A DNA stretch of 64,000 bases from an uncultured virus (IMG/VR IMGVR_UViG_3300027749_002987). Its lineage: Duplodnaviria > Heunggongvirae > Uroviricota > Caudoviricetes. The position numbers were made by a program, and so were the translations under genes. The notes under the pieces are model-generated. The model was not told the DNA's origin. It saw only the letters and a list, made by a program, of their open reading frames with translations, and searched no databases. Below are positions 42,194 to 49,471 of the stretch, in pieces. The first letter of the stretch is position 1. Each line of letters begins with the position of its first letter. The stretch lies in IMG/VR virus record IMGVR_UViG_3300027749_002987; one strand, written 5' to 3'.

Positions 42194-42784
42194 TTAGATA
42201 AAGAGGAATACACCTTGTGCCGACAGCAATAAACCTAGTCCAGCAACAAAGAAACTCCCCCAGAACATGCTCATACTAACAGCAAGGATACTTGCTGACA
42301 GCACAACTATGCTTAATTGATATAGTGTACTGGCATAACCAATCCACGGACTTTGTTTCTTGGCGTAATCTCTTTCAGCTTCTAGCTTATGAGCTTTTGC
42401 CATTAATTCTTTTTTACCTTCGCCGGTTGCAGGATCACTTTCATATCGAGCAATTTTAGCCTCGAGTTTAGCAATCTTGCCTGCATCTTTGCGGAACTGT
42501 GCATCATCTAGACTCTGTTCAGCTAGAGTTTGTTTGATTGCCTTAGCTTGATAAAATGCCCAAGTGTCATTGGCCGCAATGGTGTTGTTAAGGGTAATAC
42601 TACTCAATTTGCCGCCGTACCACGAATTAACTGCCAGCAACAGTGCAAATACGGAAATAACCATGCCTGCTTTGTCTTTGAGTTTGGCTTCACGCTCTGA
42701 ACGTGATCCTGCAGGCGGTTTTGGTGCATCTGGATCTTTGGGTTGTTTGGTGATTAAATTCAATACTGAGTCAATTAATGCCAT
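42194..42784 (-). CDS. DUF4337-like membrane protein
   Basis: A.D.WAFYQAK.IKQ, TM segments. Confidence 0.7.
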   Translation of the reverse strand: MALIDSVLNLITKQPKDPDAPKPPAGSRSEREAKLKDKAGMVISVFALLLAVNSWYGGKLSSITLNNTIAANDTWAFYQAKAIKQTLAEQSLDDAQFRKDAGKIAKLEAKIARYESDPATGEGKKELMAKAHKLEAERDYAKKQSPWIGYASTLYQLSIVVLSASILAVSMSMFWGSFFVAGLGLLLSAQGVFLFI

Positions 42785-42890
42785 CGATTCGCTCCCGGAG
42801 TAATATAATATATTTATAGTTTTTTAGCTCGAACAACTTGCTATACTAAATACAAGACACTATAATAGTGTTTTAACAGGAAATTAAGTA

Positions 42891-43094
42891 ATGGCAACAG
42901 GTAAAGTAAAATGGTTTAATGAAACCAAAGGTTTTGGATTTATTACTCCAGACGGTGGCGGCGAAGAACTTTTCGCTCACTACTCGGCAATTCAAACATC
43001 AGGATTCAAAGTTCTGCAAGAGAATCAAGCAGTAACGTTTGATGTAGTTCAGGGACAAAAAGGCTTGCAGGCAGCAAATATTCAACCCAAGTAA
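42891..43094 (+). CDS. cspA: cold shock protein
   Basis: GKVKWFN..KGFGFI, FAHYSAI. Confidence 0.95.
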   Translation: MATGKVKWFNETKGFGFITPDGGGEELFAHYSAIQTSGFKVLQENQAVTFDVVQGQKGLQAANIQPK

Positions 43095-43107
43095 TTGGGT
43101 TAAAGAG

Positions 43108-43445
43108 ATAGTTGTAATCCCTTCAAAGTGAAGGCATTCTGGACCCGGGGGCAGTGCCCGGCAGGTCCACCATAAGCAGTTTGGGTCAGATGTTATAAGT
43201 CCATAGTGCATTCATATACAAGACTGTTTTTGATGGGCCTGACACAGTTTCGACAGGGTGAGATAATAGAGACGGCAACTCAGTAGGCGATGACTGTAAA
43301 TCAAGCAAAACTCGTAAATGCAAACGCAAATACATTCAAGTTTTTTGAAGTTGACTTCGACATTTCAGCAATGAATGACGAATCAGCATTCGAATTAGCT
43401 GCCTAAGAAACAGCACTTGCGAGGTAGGAAAGACCTTGTCACCAA
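43108..43445 (+). ncRNA. ssrA: circularly permuted two-piece tmRNA
   Basis: Acceptor piece ends CAGGTCCACCA (43172); coding piece starts GGGCCTGA (43235); G3.U70 pair; tag ORF 43320-43406 ends LAA; outer ends approximate. Confidence 0.88.
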
Positions 43446-43454
43446 ACATAACCA

Positions 43455-43479
43455 GAAAGCACCTTCGGGTGCTTTTCTT
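43455..43479 (+). terminator. intrinsic terminator
   Basis: GAAAGCACC-TTCG-GGTGCTTTT. Confidence 0.8.
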
Positions 43480-43494
43480 ATGATTAAATAGAAT

Positions 43495-44115
43495 ATGAAA
43501 ATTACATGTGGCCCACAACACGATCGTAGAGACTTTGAAATTGTTCTGCCATCAGAACCTAAACGACTAGCAGTGTTTGTTAGTGGCGGTGTCGATAGTG
43601 CAATTTTATATTATTTGTTGTTACTCGAAAATAGAAACTTAGGAAACATACATGAGATACAACCATTAATGGTACAACGCAAAGAAGGATCAAAATACTT
43701 TGCGAATATTGTTGTTGCACACGTTCGAGATCATTTTAACCTAGCACCAGCTACTGCAACCATAGTTGGCAACAACACATTGCCAGAGGAAGAGCAAGTT
43801 AAATCAGGAGTACTGGAATCATATCTAAGAGGGTTTGATATAGCGTACACTGGACTAATACAGCAACTACCACAGCACATGGTCAATTGGCAGCCAATAC
43901 CATACAAGCAAACTCCCAAGTTTAAAGCACCATTTGCAGACCTAGACAAAAGCCATATTATTGAATTGTGCGTACAATTAGACCAAACAGCATTATTTTA
44001 TCTAACGCATAGTTGTTCTGCACATGAAATCAGCAGATGCAGGAACTGTAACGGCTGTAACGAACGGGCCTGGGGATTTGATCAACTGGACATAAAAGAC
44101 CCTGGGACTATATAA
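43495..44115 (+). CDS. QueC-like PP-loop ATPase
   Basis: SGGVDS, THSC...C..C..C.ER. Confidence 0.7.
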   Translation: MKITCGPQHDRRDFEIVLPSEPKRLAVFVSGGVDSAILYYLLLLENRNLGNIHEIQPLMVQRKEGSKYFANIVVAHVRDHFNLAPATATIVGNNTLPEEEQVKSGVLESYLRGFDIAYTGLIQQLPQHMVNWQPIPYKQTPKFKAPFADLDKSHIIELCVQLDQTALFYLTHSCSAHEISRCRNCNGCNERAWGFDQLDIKDPGTI

Positions 44116-44233
44116 GTTAACTACGTAGTTAATACTTGTAAATATTTGGCTTAAATAATTATTGACTGTTCTTGCTTAGGCATATATAATAGTCAAACGT
44201 GACGTAGGGTCACATAACAAAAGGAAGAAAACA

Positions 44234-44794
44234 ATGAAGAAAATCTTAGCAGGCTTAGTAGCCTTGGCACTCAGCGGAATGGCATTTGCTGGATCAGTTA
44301 CAATCGAAGGCGCCGCAATTAACACAATCGGCGGTAATGATCAAAGAAATACTAATTTCACATTAAGTGAGTCAATCAACAGTACTTTTAGTGTTCACAC
44401 ACAACTATCATCTACACAAACTGACAACACAAATGCAGTCAGCACACGTTTAGAAGTTGGTGGAACAGCAACAGTACCATTGTACGGCCCAGTTAGTGGT
44501 TATACTAAAGTTGCACTCGGCGAAAAGTACAGTACTAGCGGTCAATTCTCGTATTATTCCGTAGAGCCAGGAGTTTCAGCTCCAATTGGTAATACTGGTT
44601 TAACTGCAAAAGTTGGTTACCGTTTCCGTACCGCTGTTAGCGATCCAAATGTAAACAAAGATACAACCCAAACAGTTCGTGTTGGTGTTGCATACGCTAT
44701 TAACAAAGAGAATGCAGTTGGTTTCCGTTTCGACAAGATCACAGGTGATTCACGTCAAGATGGTTACAATGTGTTTTACACACGTTCATTCTAA
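44234..44794 (+). CDS. outer membrane beta-barrel protein
   Basis: Signal peptide, amphipathic strands, C-terminal YTRSF. Confidence 0.75.
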   Translation: MKKILAGLVALALSGMAFAGSVTIEGAAINTIGGNDQRNTNFTLSESINSTFSVHTQLSSTQTDNTNAVSTRLEVGGTATVPLYGPVSGYTKVALGEKYSTSGQFSYYSVEPGVSAPIGNTGLTAKVGYRFRTAVSDPNVNKDTTQTVRVGVAYAINKENAVGFRFDKITGDSRQDGYNVFYTRSF

Positions 44795-44814
44795 GCTAAC
44801 TTAGCATTAACATA

Positions 44815-44840
44815 AAAGGACCTTCGGGTCCTTTTTTATT
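44815..44840 (+). terminator. intrinsic terminator
   Basis: AAAAGGACC-TTCG-GGTCCTTTTTT. Confidence 0.85.
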
Positions 44841-44852
44841 AAATAAAATACT

Positions 44853-45686
44853 ATGGAATCGCATGATTTAAAACAGTTAGAAACACGTGGATATACAGTA
44901 ATCCCAAATTTCCTTACGCCTGCAAAATTAGCAGAATGTGTAGAAATTTACAAACAACTACCCGAGACATATTCTAACAAAAACTATAGTTTAAAAAAAT
45001 CTAGTACTGCGATCATACCCGAAGTATTAGCATTGCTGAAGGAGATTACTGCTGTTACTAACATAACGGCAAATTCTGTTAGCAGAAATACGATATATTT
45101 TGATAATAGTTTAGTTGAATTTTGTTGGCACCAAGATCACGAGTCGTACTATCGTTGGCAAAACTCATATAATTCACTAAACTTCTGGATACCAATAATA
45201 AAGCCATCAGCAGATAGATCCGGAATAGGTATAATACCATATGATATACTACAGTCAATAGTTCCCGACGTTGCAGAAACTCAGGTACGTAATCGTGGCG
45301 CTAAAAGATTCGGAGTCCAGACAGATGGCACTACTAAGATGTATAACGATGAACTTGGTACTGAGGAAATTCTACCAGTCAACTTTAACGATATAGGCGA
45401 AACACCGGCAGTGTTGCCTGGAGATTTGATTTTGATGAGAGAAGACACTATCCATAAAACTCAAGAAATAACAGGGCACCGCGTGGCTATGTCAATTAGA
45501 TGTATTGACAGCAATAGTATACTTACTGCTGAGAATTTTAACATTGGTGAAGATTTAAAAAAATCAATGATTAATAAAAATCTAGATAGCTATGCAGAGT
45601 TGATCAAAGGTTTTAAAGTTAATCCAACAATGATCGCACATAGGGCCTTTGACGATTTTGATCACTTATTTTCTAGAGAAAAATAA
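44853..45686 (+). CDS. PhyH-like 2OG-Fe(II) dioxygenase
   Basis: GYTVIPNF, WHQD, PGD...H, R. Confidence 0.75.
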   Translation: MESHDLKQLETRGYTVIPNFLTPAKLAECVEIYKQLPETYSNKNYSLKKSSTAIIPEVLALLKEITAVTNITANSVSRNTIYFDNSLVEFCWHQDHESYYRWQNSYNSLNFWIPIIKPSADRSGIGIIPYDILQSIVPDVAETQVRNRGAKRFGVQTDGTTKMYNDELGTEEILPVNFNDIGETPAVLPGDLILMREDTIHKTQEITGHRVAMSIRCIDSNSILTAENFNIGEDLKKSMINKNLDSYAELIKGFKVNPTMIAHRAFDDFDHLFSREK

Positions 45687-45710
45687 AAAAATCGTATATC
45701 AACACGGTTC

Positions 45711-45947
45711 TTGACAAGAGATATAAATACTCTTATAATAGAAACAGGTTAGCAGGCAAGGCAACTGACTAAAAATATTTTTTAGCAAGTTAGCCAAAAC
45801 ATGTTGACATGATTGCTGAAAGGCAATATACTAGAGATTAGTTAGCAAACAATGTAGAATAGAGATGTTGTAAATATACAACAAAGAAATTTTACAAAAG
45901 GTGTTGACAACATTGTAGCAAGGTGCTACAATAGAGACTAGTTAGCA
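45711..45947 (+). promoter_or_regulatory. three tandem sigma70 promoters upstream of the tRNA array
   Basis: TTGACA at 45711, 45804, 45904, each 17 bp from TATAAT/TATACT/TACAAT and followed by AGARA..RGTTAGCA. Confidence 0.8.
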
Positions 45948-45990
45948 ATAATGCTAGCGAATTTTAAAGAAGAGTTAAACGAGAACAAAA

Positions 45991-46140
45991 ATGCAATCTA
46001 ATTTTAGACAACATCAATTTAATACGATGCCCAAACAGGTAGGCGTTATAGCCTCTTATTGGTCAGCGATTAATTGCGGAAGTCTATCTTCATTAGATCG
46101 TACACCAGAGATTAGCAGGGTCCGGGAGGACATGATGTAA
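45991..46140 (+). CDS. putative attenuator leader peptide, 49 aa
   Basis: Uses all 20 amino acids; 3' end overlaps the antiterminator arm; weak RBS. Confidence 0.6.
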   Translation: MQSNFRQHQFNTMPKQVGVIASYWSAINCGSLSSLDRTPEISRVREDMM

Positions 46141-46165
46141 ACGTAAGTTTACCCAAACTCCAAGG

Positions 46166-46201
46166 ACCCTAGGACTAACACTCCTGGGGTTTTTTGTTTT
46201 T
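46166..46201 (+). terminator. conditional terminator (attenuator)
   Basis: ACCCTAGGA/TCCTGGGGT plus T tract; competes with 46117-46128 pairing. Confidence 0.75.
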
Positions 46202-46460
46202 AGACTTTCGAAATAGTGTGAATATGTGGAAACGAGGTCCACGTCCTGCACTTAAAACATGGGACAAACGGGCGGCCTGTACGATGAAACTCTTCTTCTA
46301 GAGCGAAAAACTACAGCGTATTAAAGCATATTATAGGGACGGCCAAACCCATAGTATGGTACTGCATAGCAGGCGTTATTAGTATGCTTTAATACACACT
46401 CTCTACCTCCGCCTGCACAGCGGTTGACAGCATAGCGGGAGAGTGTTACAATAGAGACAT

Positions 46461-46546
46461 GGAGTAGAAGCATCAATGGTGATGCAGTGGACTGTAAATC
46501 CGCCGTCTTTATGGCACGCCTGGTTCGATCCCAGGATACTCCACCA
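46461..46546 (+). tRNA. tRNA-Tyr(GTA)
   Basis: Cloverleaf, long variable arm, CCA. Confidence 0.9.
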
Positions 46547-46552
46547 GATTTA

Positions 46553-46627
46553 GGCTTCATAGTATAATGGTTAGTACGGTGGCTTGTCACGCCATTAATA
46601 GGGGTTCGATTCCCCTTGGAGCCGCCA
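46553..46627 (+). tRNA. tRNA-Asp(GTC)
   Basis: Cloverleaf, CCA. Confidence 0.9.
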
Positions 46628-46633
46628 ATTTTT

Positions 46634-46708
46634 GACGCATTCGTCTATCGGTTAGGACACTAGGTTTTCATCCTGGCAAGAGGGGTTCGATTCCCCTATG
46701 CGTCTCCA
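46634..46708 (+). tRNA. tRNA-Glu(TTC)
   Basis: Cloverleaf, CCA. Confidence 0.9.
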
Positions 46709-46715
46709 AGTTTAT

Positions 46716-46790
46716 TCCAGAGTAGCACAGCGGTAGTGCAGTTGACTGTTAATCAATTGGTCGTAGGTTCGATCCCTGCCTCTGGAGCCA
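46716..46790 (+). tRNA. tRNA-Asn(GTT)
   Basis: Cloverleaf, CCA. Confidence 0.92.
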
Positions 46791-46796
46791 ATCAAT

Positions 46797-46870
46797 CGCG
46801 GATTAGAGAAACGGTATCTCAGAAGTCTCATAAGCTTCAGTTGGTGGTTCGATTCCGCCATCCGCAACCA
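46797..46870 (+). tRNA. tRNA-Met(CAT), initiator-like
   Basis: C1:A72 mismatch, CCA; lacks the GGG/CCC anticodon stem. Confidence 0.85.
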
Positions 46871-46876
46871 AACAAT

Positions 46877-46951
46877 GGGCTGATAGTGATAATGGGAGCA
46901 CAGGGCGTTTGCAACGCTTTAGTCGGGGTTCGATCCCCCGTCGGTCCACCA
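46877..46951 (+). tRNA. tRNA-Ala(TGC)
   Basis: G3.U70, CCA. Confidence 0.9.
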
Positions 46952-46957
46952 TGTTTT

Positions 46958-47031
46958 TCCCGGATAGTTAAATGGTATAACAATCGGCTGATAACCGGTC
47001 ATTACAAGTTCGATTCTTGTTCTGGGAACCA
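46958..47031 (+). tRNA. tRNA-Ile(GAT)
   Basis: Cloverleaf, CCA. Confidence 0.9.
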
Positions 47032-47036
47032 AGTTT

Positions 47037-47088
47037 AGGATACTAACAGCAATTTTTATTTTTTTGGTAAAAAGAAAATGTATCCTGT
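47037..47088 (+). ncRNA. stem-ACAGCAA element 1 (GGT anticodon-like loop)
   Basis: AGGATAC/GTATCCT stem, TAACAGCAA, TTGGTAA loop. Confidence 0.65.
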
Positions 47089-47095
47089 TTATTAC

Positions 47096-47170
47096 ACTGT
47101 CGTCGTCTAGTGGCTAGGACGCTACCCTTTCAAGGTGGAGAAGCGGGATCGATACCCGTCGACAGTACCA
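47096..47170 (+). tRNA. tRNA-Glu(TTC), atypical T loop
   Basis: Cloverleaf, ATCGATA T loop, CCA. Confidence 0.85.
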
Positions 47171-47186
47171 AGTTTAGGAGTTGTCA

Positions 47187-47315
47187 ATGGCAAATGTAAA
47201 GCAAGGCAATCTTACAAAAAGTCCTCAATGGTGGAAACACTTAAAGGACTGGAAACGTGTGTTCTGGAAATCAGAACGTCAAGCACAAAAGAAACATATC
47301 AACAAAGGAGAATGA
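47187..47315 (+). CDS. small Trp/Lys-rich protein, 42 aa
   Basis: AGGAG RBS; QWWKHLKDWKRVFWKSER. Confidence 0.6.
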   Translation: MANVKQGNLTKSPQWWKHLKDWKRVFWKSERQAQKKHINKGE

Positions 47316-47401
47316 CATGAAACGTTCACGTAAACGTTAGTGTCGACCTTGACCCCGTATTGGTCCTGGTTGGCACATTAAATCAAATTAATTACGACCA
47401 A

Positions 47402-47477
47402 CCACTCGTAGCGTTAATGGTAGCGCACTTGACTCTTAATCAATGAGGTGTCGGTTCGAATCCGACTGAGTGGACCA
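47402..47477 (+). tRNA. tRNA-Lys(CTT)
   Basis: Cloverleaf, CCA. Confidence 0.88.
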
Positions 47478-47481
47478 ATAT

Positions 47482-47557
47482 GGGATTGTGGTGAAATGGT
47501 TATCACAGCGGACTTTTAATCCGTCAATTCCCGGTTCGAGTCCGGGCAGTCCTACCA
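47482..47557 (+). tRNA. tRNA-Lys(TTT)
   Basis: Cloverleaf, CCA. Confidence 0.9.
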
Positions 47558-47624
47558 TATGAAAACACACTTCCGACAGCAGGCGGAGGTGACAATGTCC
47601 ATTCGGGCGAGTGTGTTTCCATAT

Positions 47625-47700
47625 GGTAGCGTAGCATAGCGGCTAATGCACCACCTTCATACGGTGTTTATCGTGAGTTCGAGTCTCACCGCTACTACCA
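47625..47700 (+). tRNA. tRNA-Met/Ile2(CAT)
   Basis: Cloverleaf, CCA. Confidence 0.85.
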
Positions 47701-47707
47701 AGTTTAT

Positions 47708-47783
47708 CTCTCTGAAGCGTTATCTGGTTGCGTACACGGTTTGGGGCCGTGTGGTCAAGGTTCGAATCCTTGCAGGGAGACCA
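47708..47783 (+). tRNA. tRNA-Pro(TGG)
   Basis: Cloverleaf, CCA. Confidence 0.85.
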
Positions 47784-47788
47784 AGTTT

Positions 47789-47850
47789 AGGATAGCAACA
47801 GCAAATTTAAAAATCTTTTCTCGAAAAAAAGCCAAAAAATGCTATCCTGT
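47789..47850 (+). ncRNA. stem-ACAGCAA element 2 (CGA anticodon-like loop)
   Basis: AGGATAGCA/TGCTATCCT stem; CTTTT-CTCGAAA-AAAAG. Confidence 0.65.
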
Positions 47851-47857
47851 TTTATTT

Positions 47858-47931
47858 GCCCTATTAGTTAAATGGTAGAACACCTGTTTTGTAATCAGGT
47901 AATGGCAGTTCGATTCTGTCATGGGGCACCA
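47858..47931 (+). tRNA. tRNA-Thr(TGT)
   Basis: Cloverleaf, CCA. Confidence 0.88.
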
Positions 47932-47937
47932 AGTTAT

Positions 47938-48057
47938 GTCGTTGTCGTCTAATGGTAGGACGCTTATAAAAGGTTATCCTGTTAAGGATACAGTCAGCAA
48001 TTTACAACATTCCATGTCAAGGAAGAGATCTGGGTTCGAATCCCAGCAACGACACCA
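47938..48057 (+). tRNA. tRNA-Asp(GTC) with a 46-nt insertion in the anticodon stem
   Basis: Acceptor, D and T arms and CCA intact; insert is a permuted ACAGCAA element. Confidence 0.75.
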
Positions 48058-48121
48058 AGTTTATGAGTTCGTCTAGAAACCGGTAAATTGTAGTTTGGTC
48101 TACAAGCTCATAATTAGTTTT

Positions 48122-48178
48122 AGGATGCGAACAGCAAATTCAAAAATTCAACTTTTAATTGAAAAATAAGCATCCTGT
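48122..48178 (+). ncRNA. stem-ACAGCAA element 3 (TTT anticodon-like loop)
   Basis: AGGATGC/GCATCCT stem; TTCAA-CTTTTAA-TTGAA. Confidence 0.7.
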
Positions 48179-48186
48179 TTTATTGT

Positions 48187-48260
48187 TGGCGTATTGTGTA
48201 ATGGTAGCACAACAGACTTTGACTCTGTTAGTCTAGGTTCGATCCCTAGTGCGCCTGCCA
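48187..48260 (+). tRNA. tRNA-Gln(TTG)
   Basis: Cloverleaf, CCA. Confidence 0.88.
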
Positions 48261-48265
48261 AATTT

Positions 48266-48339
48266 GCTCTTATAATTTAATGGTAGAATGCCTTCTTGGT
48301 ATGGAGGCAATGATGGTTCGATTCCCTCTAAGAGCACCA
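48266..48339 (+). tRNA. tRNA-Thr(GGT)
   Basis: Cloverleaf, CCA. Confidence 0.85.
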
Positions 48340-48344
48340 AATTT

Positions 48345-48419
48345 ATCGCTATAGTATAATGGATAATACACTACGCTACGAACGTGGGAATAGAGGTTCG
48401 ATTCCTTTTGGCGGTACCA
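48345..48419 (+). tRNA. tRNA-Arg(ACG)
   Basis: Cloverleaf, CCA. Confidence 0.88.
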
Positions 48420-48437
48420 ATTTTAATCTACTTAGGT

Positions 48438-48508
48438 GTGGCCATAACTTAATGGTAAAGTCGTGGATTGTGATTCCGCTTATCTGGGTTCAATTCCCAG
48501 TGGTCACC
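48438..48508 (+). tRNA. tRNA-His(GTG), no encoded CCA
   Basis: Cloverleaf inside a 12-bp flanking inverted repeat. Confidence 0.82.
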
Positions 48509-48523
48509 CCTAAGTAGATTTTT

Positions 48524-48597
48524 AGTTCCTTAGTTTAATGGAAGAACAGTGCGTTGACATCGCGCAGATAAAAGTTCGATTCTTTTAGGAACTACCA
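48524..48597 (+). tRNA. tRNA-Val(GAC)
   Basis: Cloverleaf, CCA. Confidence 0.85.
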
Positions 48598-48600
48598 AGT

Positions 48601-48814
48601 TTTGTAAGTGTCAGCAAGAGAAAGTCACGCTATAAAAGTTTCTTCGAAGGACTGATATAGTAGAAGGTAATGGGTTCGATCCCCACCCGGGCACGTAGTG
48701 TCTGAGGGCAAAAGGTTGCAAGCTGGACCGGTATCCCAAGTGACGTATCTTGACCCTGCCGGCTTTATTACAAGGGAAAATGGTTGCGATATGAGGGACG
48801 CAACTACTTACAAA
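48601..48814 (+). ncRNA. structured RNA with terminal stem, TCAGCAA and a T-arm mimic
   Basis: TTTGTAAGT/ACTTACAAA; TGGG-TTCGATC-CCCA. Confidence 0.55.
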
Positions 48815-48870
48815 TTCAACAGACCCCCGCTTTCCAAGTTGTGCGGCGAACAACCTGGACTAATTCAAAT

Positions 48871-48946
48871 GCTACTTTAGCTGATGTGGTCATAGCGGCG
48901 GTCTGAAGAACCGTTGAACTAGGTTCGATTCCTAGAGGTAGCACCA
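48871..48946 (+). tRNA. tRNA-Phe(GAA)
   Basis: Cloverleaf, CCA. Confidence 0.88.
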
Positions 48947-48952
48947 AACAAT

Positions 48953-49044
48953 GCCAGCGAGACTTGGTAGTCAGAGAGTCCTTATAAGACTTTTAGCGCC
49001 AGATTAGCGTTCTTGAGAGGGTTCGATTCCCTCCGCTGGTACCA
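48953..49044 (+). tRNA. atypical tRNA with TAT anticodon (Ile?)
   Basis: Mini D loop, long variable arm, CCA. Confidence 0.7.
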
Positions 49045-49050
49045 ACCAAT

Positions 49051-49127
49051 GTGGGTGTGCCGCTGAATGGTTAGGCCCCGGATTGCAAATCCGTTCCATG
49101 CAGGTTCGAGTCCTGTCACCCACTCCA
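49051..49127 (+). tRNA. tRNA-Cys(GCA)
   Basis: Cloverleaf, U73, CCA. Confidence 0.88.
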
Positions 49128-49133
49128 AATTTT

Positions 49134-49210
49134 GCCCTGCTGGCGCAATTGGTAGACGCAACTCTCTCAAAAGGAGTGAAGTCCCCGTTCGAGTCGGGGG
49201 CAGGGTACCA
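49134..49210 (+). tRNA. tRNA-Leu(CAA), short variable loop
   Basis: Cloverleaf, CCA. Confidence 0.82.
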
Positions 49211-49241
49211 AAATATATTTTAGCAAGTTTGCCAAAATGTA

Positions 49242-49270
49242 GTGACAACACACAACAAAGACATTATAAT
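49242..49270 (+). promoter_or_regulatory. sigma70 promoter of the ncRNA-DUF2828 operon
   Basis: GTGACA-17-TATAAT. Confidence 0.7.
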
Positions 49271-49308
49271 AGATACATAGCAAGCAATAATGCAAGCTAA
49301 AGAGTTTT

Positions 49309-49465
49309 AGGATCGGTACAGCAACTTCATATTAAATGGAACGCTAATCTTATGTTAATCGCTGGAGCCTGTATGGGCTTTGAAGGTTATTAGCAATAAT
49401 GAGATTAGATAGAGGAGTTTCGATAAGTCTCCTCGATAAAAACAAAAAGTAGAAAACGATCCTGT
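49309..49465 (+). ncRNA. stem-ACAGCAA element 4 (large insert)
   Basis: AGGATCG/CGATCCT, GTACAGCAA, internal hairpins. Confidence 0.65.
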
Positions 49466-49471
49466 TAATTT

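Noticed and set aside
43495..44115. Complete 7-deazaguanine DNA-modification pathway
   Set aside because: Only a QueC-like gene is present; no folE, queD, queE or dpdA in the window.
47964..48009. Group I or archaeal BHB intron in tRNA-Asp
   Set aside because: Too short for group I, not at position 37/38, and no evident bulge-helix-bulge.
46321..49300. ORF-track calls across the tRNA array
   Set aside because: They overlap clear tRNA cloverleaves or ncRNA candidates and lack RBSs; treated as spurious.
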